Positions 1 to 7,361 of a DNA stretch of 64,000 nt are shown piece after piece. The DNA comes from Gaiellaceae bacterium (lineage in GTDB: Bacteria > Actinomycetota > Thermoleophilia > Gaiellales > Gaiellaceae). The notes beneath the pieces are model-generated. The model was given only the letters and a program-made list of their open reading frames with translations, did not search any database and was not told the DNA's origin. Both the position numbers and the translations under genes were made by a program. Each line of letters starts with the position of its first letter. Positions within the stretch are counted from its first letter, which is position 1. The stretch lies in contig DASTZS010000028.1 of the NCBI GenBank assembly GCA_035764165.1, forward strand, positions 20,522 to 84,521, in the 5' to 3' direction.

Positions 1-328
1 TCGCTTCGTCGTACCCCTCCACGGGCGGCGGCTCGGCAGGAGGCGCAAGCCCTGGGAACGCCTCGTCCGGCGGTGCGCTGTGGGCTGCGTCGCCTGCGCG
101 CCGCGCGAGCTCGGCGAGTCCTTCCGCGTCGATCTTGTTGGTCGTCGCCACGCCTGCGCGCCGGTTGCGCACGACGCGCAACGTGACCATTGCGTTCTCG
201 ATCAGGGTCGGCTGGTGCACCTCGGAGCCGGCGAAGCGTGCGAGGCCGGAATGCTCCACGTGCGCGACGGCCTCCGCCTCGCCGCCGGCCGCGTCGAGCG
301 CGGCGCGCGCGATCTCGAGCGCGCTCAC
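1..328 (-). CDS. pmbA: PmbA/TldE-type protein, N-terminal part (gene runs off the left edge)
   Basis: My own minus-strand translation from GTG at 326-328 gives VSALEIARAALDAAGGEAEAVAHVEHSGLARFAGSEVHQPTLIENAMVTLRVVRNRRAGVATTNKIDAEGL. This is the usual N-terminal layout of the TldD/PmbA family. The GTG overlaps the tldD stop (GTGA at 325-328). It is absent from the ORF track because there is no stop in the window. Confidence 0.6.
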   Translation of the reverse strand, partial: MSALEIARAALDAAGGEAEAVAHVEHSGLARFAGSEVHQPTLIENAMVTLRVVRNRRAGVATTNKIDAEGLAELARRAGDAAHSAPPDEAFPGLAPPAEPPPVEGYDEA

Positions 329-1758
329 GGCCGCACGCCCACCTGGACGTTCAGGAACCGCGCGGGCGCCGCGCCGTGCGACACGTGCGCGCTCTGCCCG
401 GGCTGGCCCTTGCCGCAGTTCGTCAGTCCGTAGAGACGCCACTCGTCCCGGCCCGCGACGGCGTCGAGCGAGCCCCAGAACTGCGGCGTGATGCCGGTGT
501 AGGTGGCGTCGCGAAGCATCCGCCCGAGCTTCCCGCCTTTGATCTCCCAGGCGATCTGCGTGCCGAACTGGAAGTTGAGCCGCTTGTCGTCGATCGACCA
601 GCTGCGGTTCGTCTCCATGTACAGGCCGTCGGCGACGTCGGCGATCAGGTCGTCGACGGTTCCCTCCCCCGGTTCAAGGTGGAGGTTGGTCATGCGCACG
701 AGCGGCATGCGGTTCCAGCCGTCGGCACGCATCGAGCCGCCCTTGCCGGCGCCGATCCGGGCCGCGGTCTCGCGTGAGGTGAGGAAGCCCGTGAGCAGCC
801 CCTCTTCGACGACGGGTGCCCGTTCCGCCGGCACGCCTTCGTCGTCGAACGCGAAGCTCCCGAGCCCGCCCTCCGTGGTCGGGTCGGCCGTGATGTTCAT
901 CAAGGGAGACCCGTATTGCAGCGAGCCGAGGTCGTGCGGCTTCAGGAAGCTCGTCCCCGCGTACGACGCCTCCGTGCCGTAGACGCGGTCGAGCTCGGTC
1001 GGGTGTCCCACGGATTCGTGCACCTGCAGCGCGACCTGGTCGCCGTCGAGCACGACCGTCATGACGCCGCTCGGACACTCGTCGGCGCGGACGAGCGCAG
1101 CGGCCTGCTCCGCCACGCGGGGTGCGTGCCCCACCAGGTCGAGGCCGTCGACGTACTCCCAGCCCGACTGGCAGCTCGAGCCGACGTGCGCGCTCGGATA
1201 GCTGCGCGTCTGGAAGACGCCCTCCCGTGCCGCGGCGCAGTCGACGCCGGCGCCGCACTCGATCAGCTCCTGCTCGACCTCCGTCCCCTCCGAGGTGAGC
1301 AGGAGCTTGTGCTCGCGTTGCGCGCGCACCATCGCCTGGCGCACGAGGATGTCCGGGCCGGCGAGCGCCTCGTCCGCCCGCAGGCACTGCGCGACCTTGT
1401 CGGTGAGCGGGACCTCGAACGGATCGCGCTCCACCGCCGTCCGATGGAAGCCGCTGACCGGCTCGACGGGCGCAAGCTGCCGTGCATGCCTGCCGGCGGC
1501 GGCGCGCGCGAACGCGCAGGCTCGCAGCGCGGCATCACGCGCGCCCGCCGCCGAGAGCCGCCGGTTCGCCGCGAATCCCCAGGCGCCGCCGAGCAGGACC
1601 CGCACGCCGATGCCCTCGCTCTCCGAGTCCGTCAGCTGTTCGACCCGCCCGTTCTTCGTCGCGACGAACTGGTTGCGCTTCACGACGACGCGGGCGTCGG
1701 CGTACTCGGCGCCAGCCCCGGTCGCCGCATCGACCGCGGCTGCACAGACATCACGCAC
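325..1758 (-). CDS. tldD: TldD-type zinc metalloprotease
   Basis: 477-aa ORF. It has a TldD/PmbA-family layout with the HESVGHPTELDR (HExxxH) motif and a GGLGSFAFDDEG region. Confidence 0.85.
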   Translation of the reverse strand: MRDVCAAAVDAATGAGAEYADARVVVKRNQFVATKNGRVEQLTDSESEGIGVRVLLGGAWGFAANRRLSAAGARDAALRACAFARAAAGRHARQLAPVEPVSGFHRTAVERDPFEVPLTDKVAQCLRADEALAGPDILVRQAMVRAQREHKLLLTSEGTEVEQELIECGAGVDCAAAREGVFQTRSYPSAHVGSSCQSGWEYVDGLDLVGHAPRVAEQAAALVRADECPSGVMTVVLDGDQVALQVHESVGHPTELDRVYGTEASYAGTSFLKPHDLGSLQYGSPLMNITADPTTEGGLGSFAFDDEGVPAERAPVVEEGLLTGFLTSRETAARIGAGKGGSMRADGWNRMPLVRMTNLHLEPGEGTVDDLIADVADGLYMETNRSWSIDDKRLNFQFGTQIAWEIKGGKLGRMLRDATYTGITPQFWGSLDAVAGRDEWRLYGLTNCGKGQPGQSAHVSHGAAPARFLNVQVGVRP

Positions 1759-1783
1759 GCGCCGGACTCTAGTCGGGTTGGCC

Positions 1784-1794
1784 GCGGCTACAAT
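1784..1794 (+). promoter_or_regulatory. Candidate -10 element (GCGGCTACAAT) for tRNA-Leu
   Basis: TACAAT at 1789-1794 lies 14 nt upstream of the tRNA 5' end. The identical 11-mer precedes rnpB at 2933-2943. Confidence 0.35.
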
Positions 1795-1808
1795 GCGCCG
1801 GCTCTCAG

Positions 1809-1894
1809 GCGCTGGTGGCGGAATTGGTAGACGCGCTAGGTTGAGGGCCTAGTGGCCTTAAAAGGCCGTGGAGGTTCAAGTCCTCTCCAGCGCA
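1809..1894 (+). tRNA. tRNA-Leu (anticodon GAG), class II with long variable arm
   Basis: Hand fold: acceptor GCGCTGG/CCAGCGC. The anticodon stem is CTAGG/CCTAG with loop TTGAGGG. The variable arm is GGCC-TTAAAA-GGCC. The T arm is GGAGG-TTCAAGT-CCTCT. Discriminator is A and no CCA is encoded. Confidence 0.9.
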
Positions 1895-1985
1895 TCCGAC
1901 GCCCTCGAACCCGAGGGCGTCAGTCTTTCGAGTGAGACCAGACCCTGGGGCTTGACGTCGTCCGGCAGGATCTCTACCCTGCCTG

Positions 1986-2001
1986 TCGAACACACGTTCG
2001 A
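1986..2001. promoter_or_regulatory. LexA operator (SOS box) TCGAACACACGTTCGA
   Basis: Perfect TCGAAC-N4-GTTCGA palindrome 27 nt upstream of the lexA ATG. This is the actinobacterial/Gram-positive LexA consensus. Confidence 0.8.
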
Positions 2002-2027
2002 CCGCGACCCCGACCCCTGGAGGCGAG

Positions 2028-2633
2028 ATGCTGACGGGACGACAGCAGGAGATCTGGGACTTCCTCGTCGACTATGTCGACCAACACGGCTACCCGCCGA
2101 CGGTGCGGGAGATCGGCGAGGCGGTCGGGCTGGCCTCACCCTCGACCGTCCACGCCCACCTGGCGAATCTCGAGCGTGCCGGCCTGCTCAAGCGTGACCC
2201 CACCAAGCCCCGGGCCGTCGAGCTCGTGGGCCGGGAGCGCGGCCAGTCTGCCGCGGTGGAGAAGCTGCCCCTTGTCGGCCAGATCGCGGCCGGCGGGCCT
2301 CTGCTCGCCGAGCAGGACATCGAGGACCACCTGGCCGTGCCGGAGACCCTCCACGGCGACTTCCTCCTGCGCGTCAAGGGCGACTCGATGATCGGCGCCG
2401 GGATCCTCGACGGCGACATCGTGGTCGTGCAGCGCGCGCAGGACGCCCGCAACGGCGAGATCGTCGTCGCGCTGGCCGGTGACGACGAGTCCGCCGACGA
2501 GGCGACCGTGAAGCGCTTCTTCCGCGAGAGCGGCCGCGTGCGGCTCCAGCCGGAGAACGACGCCCTCGAGCCGATCTACTCGGCCCACGTCCAGGTTCTG
2601 GGCCGCGTGACGGGGGTGTTCCGGCAGCTGTGA
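2028..2633 (+). CDS. lexA: LexA repressor
   Basis: 201 aa. The N-terminal winged helix is QQEIWDFLVDYVDQHGYPPTVREIGEAVGLASPSTVHAHL. The C-terminal S24 peptidase part contains GDSMIGAGILDGD. The gene is autoregulated by the upstream SOS box. Confidence 0.95.
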   Translation: MLTGRQQEIWDFLVDYVDQHGYPPTVREIGEAVGLASPSTVHAHLANLERAGLLKRDPTKPRAVELVGRERGQSAAVEKLPLVGQIAAGGPLLAEQDIEDHLAVPETLHGDFLLRVKGDSMIGAGILDGDIVVVQRAQDARNGEIVVALAGDDESADEATVKRFFRESGRVRLQPENDALEPIYSAHVQVLGRVTGVFRQL

Positions 2634-2833
2634 GCCAGGTCGCCCCTCTGCACCGCACGCTCGAGCAGGAGCTGCAGGCGTTGCTTCGGGGCGCGAGCCT
2701 CGAGTGTCTCGTCTGCGGCGAGTTCGTGTTGCACGCCGGCGGGATGATCACCTGCCCGGAGTGCAACTCGAGCCTGCGCGCGAGGGGCGACTCGCAGAAG
2801 TCGAAGGTCCAATTCGGGACGCAGGCCGGGTGA
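2630..2833 (+). CDS. Small zinc-ribbon protein (CxxC-x13-CxxC), translationally coupled to lexA
   Basis: 67-aa ORF whose GTG start overlaps the lexA stop (GTGA). Third-codon positions are G/C-rich as in neighbouring genes. It contains the motif CLVCGEFVLHAGGMITCPEC. Confidence 0.55.
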   Translation: MSQVAPLHRTLEQELQALLRGASLECLVCGEFVLHAGGMITCPECNSSLRARGDSQKSKVQFGTQAG

Positions 2834-2932
2834 ACGCGGGCGCTGACCTTCAGGATGCGCCGGCTCGGCCAGGGCATCCGTCGGCGAGTGAACGTCCGGA
2901 ACCTCCGCCGGTTCGATCAGTCTTGAGCTGAC

Positions 2933-2943
2933 GCGGCTACAAT
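2933..2943 (+). promoter_or_regulatory. Candidate -10 element (GCGGCTACAAT) for rnpB
   Basis: TACAAT at 2938-2943 lies just upstream of the RNase P RNA 5' region. It is the same 11-mer as upstream of tRNA-Leu. Confidence 0.35.
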
Positions 2944-2945
2944 CC

Positions 2946-3275
2946 GACCTGCAGGCCGGGTGACCGCGGGCGCTACGGGGCTCGAGGAAAGTCCGGACAC
3001 CACAGGGCAGGACGCTGGGGCGACCCAGGCGGCGAAAGCCGACGGAAAGTGGCACAGAAAGGAGACCGCCAGCGGCGAGCTTCTCTCCGGAGACGCCGAA
3101 GGTAAGGGTGAAAAGGTGGGGTAAGAGCCCACCAGCGTCGTGGCGACACGGCGGCTAGCCAAACCCCGTCCGGTGCAAGGCAAACAGGTCCCGTCATCAG
3201 GCGGCCCGCCGAGGGACCGGGTTGCTGCACAGAGGGATGGTCACCGAAAACAGAATCCGGCTTAGAGGTCTGCTA
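2946..3275 (+). ncRNA. rnpB: RNase P RNA, bacterial type A (ends uncertain by about 10 nt)
   Basis: Universally conserved blocks are present: GAGGAAAGTCCGGAC, GGTAAGGGTGAAAAGGTGGGGTAAGAGCCCACC, and ACAGAATCCGGCTTA near the 3' end. The 5' GACCT..GCCGG can pair with the 3' CCGGC..AGGTC. Confidence 0.9.
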
Positions 3276-3281
3276 AGGGAA

Positions 3282-3306
3282 AAACCCTGTGATTTGCAGG
3301 GTTTTT
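3282..3306 (+). terminator. Rho-independent terminator after rnpB
   Basis: Stem AAACCCTG/CAGGGTTT with a 7-nt loop, running into a T-run (GGGTTTTT). Confidence 0.7.
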
Positions 3307-3532
3307 CCTATTCTTGGAGATCTGCCTCGTTGGAGCACCGTGCATCACCGGTGCATCACATGGTTAAGGACGGCCTACGCATAAGGCGTGGAACAAGCAG
3401 CTTCCTCTCGGCTTGAACCGCGTGGTTGAGCCAAAACTGCGGCCGGCATGGGGCGCGTATTGGAAGCTCAGAAGGCGGTTGCTTAACGAGGAATCGCCGT
3501 GCCTTGCGAGACTCGGCGGATCGACCTCTTCC

Positions 3533-4378
3533 TTACCGTGCATTTTTCGCCGTGGGCTTTCGGCAGAGCACCTGCACGGGATGCGTTCGCTCTTCCTCGA
3601 TGTTGCGGGCGGCGTTGCGGACCTTCTGGGGCGCGTTCTTCCCCATGAGCAGGTGCATCCCGAACGGTGGCAGCTCGCCACGCTCGGCGAACGCGAGGAT
3701 GCTCCGATAGGCCTCGAGATACTTCGGCCCGGTGTCCTCGATCTCGACATCGACGAATCCAACGGTGGTGAGCAGGTCGCGCGTCTGCGTAGGTGTCGCC
3801 AACCACTCGCCGCTCCCGTCCTCGGACCAAGGGACGGGGTGATGGGGCGCGCCGGCACGCCCGAGCCCGTGTTCGGTCAGCGCGAAGAAGGCACCAGGCT
3901 TCAGCACGCGCCCGGCCTCGCGGAAGAACTGCTCGCGGTCGGCGATGTTCATCGTGACGTGCTGGCTGTAGGCGCCGTCGAAGAGGCCGTCCGCGTATGG
4001 GAGGTGGTGTGCGTCGCCGCGCTCGAACGTGACCTTGTCGCTCAGATCGACCAACGCCGTGAGCTTCGTCGCCGCCTCGACGAAGGGGGCGGTGATGTCG
4101 ATCCCACTGACTGTGCAGCCGAAGCGTTGCGCGAAGTAGCGGGCCGGCCCGCCGAGGCCGCAGCCGATATCAAGGATGTGGTCCCCTTCCCCGACGGGCA
4201 GGCGGTCTCCGAGCTCGACCGTGGCCGGAAAACCCCTAGCGTGGAAGTGGTCGACCGGCGCGAGGTCCTCGACTGTCAACGAATCGAGAGGTATCGACGA
4301 CGTCTCTAGAGCGGAGAGGACCAGCGTGTAGACGTCGCCTTTCGCCCAGTGGTCGGCGACCGAGCCTGCTTCCGACAT
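3533..4378 (-). CDS. Class I SAM-dependent methyltransferase
   Basis: 281 aa. SAM-binding motif I is ILDIGCGLGGPARYF, with a Methyltransf_11-like core. Confidence 0.8.
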   Translation of the reverse strand: MSEAGSVADHWAKGDVYTLVLSALETSSIPLDSLTVEDLAPVDHFHARGFPATVELGDRLPVGEGDHILDIGCGLGGPARYFAQRFGCTVSGIDITAPFVEAATKLTALVDLSDKVTFERGDAHHLPYADGLFDGAYSQHVTMNIADREQFFREAGRVLKPGAFFALTEHGLGRAGAPHHPVPWSEDGSGEWLATPTQTRDLLTTVGFVDVEIEDTGPKYLEAYRSILAFAERGELPPFGMHLLMGKNAPQKVRNAARNIEEERTHPVQVLCRKPTAKNAR

Positions 4379-4474
4379 GGTTCCCTCCTTGCGCTTCTGG
4401 GACCCGCATAGCGTAAGCGGTGCATTTATTCATCGCGCTGTAGACCCTGAACGCCCTGCGCGACGCGGCCCCAC

Positions 4475-4684
4475 TCAGACGTCGACCGGCGCGATCATCG
4501 TCGGCCAGCCGCGTGGTGAACGGCCCCTCGCCTTAGCCGGCACAAACCCACGCCTGAATGGGCGGCCCCTGCTGGGTTCGAGTCGGCGTGAACAGCTCCA
4601 GCGGCTGCGCCAGCGGTCGCTGATCCGGGGCGTGGCGGCTGTCCAGGCGGGGCCCGCTTCTCGGATGACGGCGAAGTAGCTCAC
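4475..4684 (-). pseudogene. Possible decayed small gene (YciI-like N-terminus)
   Basis: The GTG at 4682-4684 overlaps the stop of the upstream methyltransferase (GTGA). The first 15 residues, MSYFAVIREAGPAWT, look like a real YciI-type start. The rest is Arg/Ser/Pro-rich, like a shifted frame. Confidence 0.3.
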
Positions 4685-5487
4685 GCGCGGGCGATCAGAT
4701 AGTGGTACTCGTTCGAGAGCCGGTAGCTGCCGTCAGCGCGCTGGTAGGGAGCGAGGCCGTCGACGATCGCCGTCTTCAGTTCTTGCTCGCGTTCGGGGCC
4801 GGCGAGGATGGCGAGGCCGGCGACGGCGACGAGGGCGCGGCCGAGGGTCTCCGCGTCGGGGTACTCGAGCGCCCAGCTTGTGTCGAACTCCGCCTCCGGG
4901 CTGAGGCCGGCCCGGGTTGCGAGGGCTCGGAGCGCGTCGGGCTGGGAGAGGTCGGGATCGGGTGGCGCATCGGGTGGCCGCGGCGGCAGGAAGGGCCGCG
5001 CGATCTGCTTCATCGCTTCGAGGTCGCAGCGCTCGTGGGCGCCCCAGACCTGGATCACGACCGGCGCGGCGGGTTTCGCGACGCGGCCGGCCTCGCGCAG
5101 GGCGGCGACCATGTCGTTGGCGAAGAAGAACGAGTTGAAGCCGGTGACGAGGTCGAAGGTGTCGTCGTCCCAGGGCAGGTCCTCCATCTCGCCGACGCGC
5201 AGATCCGCAGCCGGCAGACGCGTGCGGGCGAAGGCGACCAGCGCCTCGGAGGCGTCGATCCCGTGCGGCTCGCCGCCGCGATTGGCGACCAGGCGCAGGA
5301 AGGCGCCGACGCCACAGCCGACGTCCAGGACCCGCTGGCCGGGCTCGAGTCCCGTCCGCTCGAGCGCTGCCTCGTAGGTGGGGAGCTGCCCGTCCTCGCT
5401 GAGCGCCCAGTCGGCGGGGCGGGCGCCCCAGAGCGGCCCCCAGCGCGACGCGCTCCCTGTGACGACGGCGGATGAGGCTGTGGTCAT
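4681..5487 (-). CDS. Class I SAM-dependent methyltransferase
   Basis: 268 aa with motif VLDVGCGVGAFLRLV. It is divergent from the PadR gene. Confidence 0.8.
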   Translation of the reverse strand: MTTASSAVVTGSASRWGPLWGARPADWALSEDGQLPTYEAALERTGLEPGQRVLDVGCGVGAFLRLVANRGGEPHGIDASEALVAFARTRLPAADLRVGEMEDLPWDDDTFDLVTGFNSFFFANDMVAALREAGRVAKPAAPVVIQVWGAHERCDLEAMKQIARPFLPPRPPDAPPDPDLSQPDALRALATRAGLSPEAEFDTSWALEYPDAETLGRALVAVAGLAILAGPEREQELKTAIVDGLAPYQRADGSYRLSNEYHYLIARA

Positions 5488-5508
5488 GGGCGGCTTTCCT
5501 TCGGCTAG

Positions 5509-5523
5509 ACTACGATCCGTAGT
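5509..5523. promoter_or_regulatory. Inverted repeat ACTACG-ATC-CGTAGT, candidate PadR operator
   Basis: It lies in the 44-bp AT-richer gap between the divergent methyltransferase and PadR genes. It is flanked by a TAGACTA direct repeat. Confidence 0.4.
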
Positions 5524-5531
5524 TATAGACT

Positions 5532-6122
5532 ATGTCCCGTAGCTTAGTCAACGAGGAGCTGACCCTCTTCTCGCACGAGATCCTCGGCCTGGTCGGTCGC
5601 GGTGGCGCCGGGGCCCATGACCTGTTGCGCATGGCCCGTCGTGGCCGGATCCTCGACTGGGCCGGCGAGAGCCAGTACTACGTCGAGCCGAAGCGGCTCG
5701 CTCGTCTCGGCTACCTCGACGCCCGCAAGGAGCCGGGCAAGACCCGCGAACGCACGGTCTACACCCTCACGGACAAGGGCCTCGACGCGCTCAGCGAGTA
5801 CGCCCATACGCCGGTTGCAGTCACGCCGGTGAAGAGCGACGCGCTCCTAAGGCTGCTGATCTGCGACCTCGTCGGCGAGGAGGTCACGCGCGTGAGCATG
5901 GCGACGCTGCGCGACGACATCGGCGACCTCCGCGAGCGCCTCGACGATTCGGAGCGCACGGCGAGGGGATACCCGCACCGGGCCAAGTACTTGCTGCTCG
6001 TGGTCGACTTTCTCCGCGGCCTGCTCGATCTGCACGAACGGCTGGTCGACGAGGTCGAGCGCGAGTTCGCGGTCACCCCGGGGATGTCAACTCCTGCGAA
6101 CCCGAACGCCGAGGGGGCTTGA
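5532..6122 (+). CDS. PadR-family transcriptional regulator
   Basis: 196 aa. The winged helix reads YVEPKRLARLGYLDARKEPGKTRERTVYTLTDKGLDAL. Confidence 0.8.
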   Translation: MSRSLVNEELTLFSHEILGLVGRGGAGAHDLLRMARRGRILDWAGESQYYVEPKRLARLGYLDARKEPGKTRERTVYTLTDKGLDALSEYAHTPVAVTPVKSDALLRLLICDLVGEEVTRVSMATLRDDIGDLRERLDDSERTARGYPHRAKYLLLVVDFLRGLLDLHERLVDEVEREFAVTPGMSTPANPNAEGA

Positions 6123-6154
6123 CGGCGAGCATCCTGCGTTCCAGAGTGCCTGGC

Positions 6155-6241
6155 TAGAGCGCGGGCTCGCCGGCCCGCTTGCTCGGCGTGATGTTCTGGT
6201 TCATCCGGAACAGGTTGTCGGGGTCGTACTTGTCCACGCCA
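6155..6241 (-). pseudogene. C-terminal remnant of an FAD-linked oxidase (BBE-domain tail)
   Basis: My minus-strand translation gives GVDKYDPDNLFRMNQNITPSKRAGEPAL*. It matches the characteristic YDPxNxFRxNQNI end of berberine-bridge/FAD-oxidase proteins. An in-frame TGA lies about 40 codons upstream and no oxidase body is present. Confidence 0.4.
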
Positions 6242-6409
6242 GCGCGGACGGGTGAGGCCGACACGTGCTGACCGAGGACGCGGAGGGGCAGGAGGTCTCC
6301 GCTCGCGGAGAGTCTTCCCGCGGCGCGAACCGCTGACCTCGGCGGAAGGCATCACAACTGCGGTGTGCGCTGGCAGCCTTGCATATGTCCGCCTTACAGG
6401 CCTGCTACC

Positions 6410-6436
6410 GAGAAGCCCCGGCTCGCGGGGCTTCTC
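6410..6436. other. Perfect 11-bp-stem hairpin GAGAAGCCCCG-GCTCG-CGGGGCTTCTC
   Basis: Read directly. It lies 31 nt upstream of the transglycosylase start. It has no clear U-tract, so its role (terminator relic or attenuator) is unknown. Confidence 0.4.
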
Positions 6437-6467
6437 TCATTCAGCGGCGCCGCGTGAGCTGCATGAT

Positions 6468-7301
6468 GTGCGCGCGAAAGTGAAAACCGTCGTAGTCGCC
6501 GGTCTCGTGCTGACGCTGGTGGTCGCCTCGTCCGCGGACGCGGCGGTTCCGCCGCCCGGCGCTCCCGTTCCGCGTGGGCGGGTCGCTCTCGCGCGGGCGC
6601 TGCAGACGACGAGTGCCGACCTGGAGGAGGCGATCGCCCTCTGGCGCCCGAAGTCCCAACCCGCTCCCGACGACGTCGTCCTGCTCGCGCTCTACCAGCA
6701 GCGCATCTATCGCCTCCTTGCGGGCAACAACGGTCTCTCTCGCGGTGTGCTCTCGCTGCTTCCGCGCAAGCTCGCGCAAACGGCGGGCGATCTCCTCACC
6801 GCGCACCGGGAGCTTCACCGCCTGACGCCTCCGATCGCCGCGCGCACGATCAAGACAGGACGCTCGCTGCCCGCGCCGATGCTCCTCTCGTACTACCGCG
6901 AGGCACAGAAGAGATTCGCCGTTCCGTGGAACGTGCTGGCAGCCGTGAACTTCGTCGAGACGAAGTTCGACAAGCTGCGCAGCTCCAGTGCGTCCGGGGC
7001 GCAGGGGCCGATGCAGTTCATGCCTGCGACCTGGCGTCGCTACGGGCTCGGCGGCGACGTCCACGATGCGCACGACGCGATCCTCGGGGCTGCGAACTAC
7101 CTCCGTGCATCCGGGGCGGCGCGCAACGTGCGAACTGCGCTTCACCACTACAACCCGTCGCGTTCGTACGTCGATGCCGTTCTTCGGTACGCCCGACGAA
7201 TCGCGGCCGACCGGACGACGTTCTTCGCGCTCTACTCGTGGCAGGTATTCGTGAAGACGCCACGCGGCGATCGCCGCGTCACAGGTCCCGGCCGGCCCTG
7301 A
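6468..7301 (+). CDS. Secreted lytic transglycosylase (SLT-domain protein)
   Basis: The ORF-track frame opens at 6252. I prefer GTG 6468 (alternative 6480), just before the signal-like KVKTVVVAGLVLTLVVASSADA. The catalytic-domain region is NFVETKFDKLRSSSASGAQGPMQFMPATW. Confidence 0.75.
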   Translation: MRAKVKTVVVAGLVLTLVVASSADAAVPPPGAPVPRGRVALARALQTTSADLEEAIALWRPKSQPAPDDVVLLALYQQRIYRLLAGNNGLSRGVLSLLPRKLAQTAGDLLTAHRELHRLTPPIAARTIKTGRSLPAPMLLSYYREAQKRFAVPWNVLAAVNFVETKFDKLRSSSASGAQGPMQFMPATWRRYGLGGDVHDAHDAILGAANYLRASGAARNVRTALHHYNPSRSYVDAVLRYARRIAADRTTFFALYSWQVFVKTPRGDRRVTGPGRP

Positions 7302-7361
7302 GGAGGTTTCATCGTTCTCTCACGCCGGCCTCGTAGCCTCCGGGCAGACAAGGAGGGGAAC

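Noticed and set aside
1759-3310. Integrated element or att site at tRNA-Leu or rnpB.
   Set aside because: There is no integrase, excisionase or phage/plasmid gene nearby. I noticed no second copy of the tRNA 3' end. The only duplication is the 24-nt rnpB 5' segment, 130 bp away, which is too close to bracket an element.
3222-3416. 64-aa plus-strand ORF, plus minus-strand ORFs across 2917..3230.
   Set aside because: They overlap the RNase P RNA gene and its terminator. The RNA assignment explains the conservation-type motifs.
5759-6355. 198-aa minus-strand ORF spanning the PadR 3' end and the downstream gap.
   Set aside because: It is antisense to the PadR gene and Arg/Ser/Pro-rich. It is in a different frame from the only protein-like segment there, the BBE-type remnant.
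6123-6467. c-di-AMP (ydaO-type) riboswitch upstream of the cell-wall lytic transglycosylase.
   Set aside because: The context fits. A stretch, GCGAACCGCTGACCTCGGCGGAAGG, loosely recalls the ACCCGAACCCGUCAGCUAACCUCGUAAGCG block. I could not find the GGGGACCCA and GGGGUGAAUC elements or the pseudo-symmetric fold. A covariance-model scan is needed before any claim.
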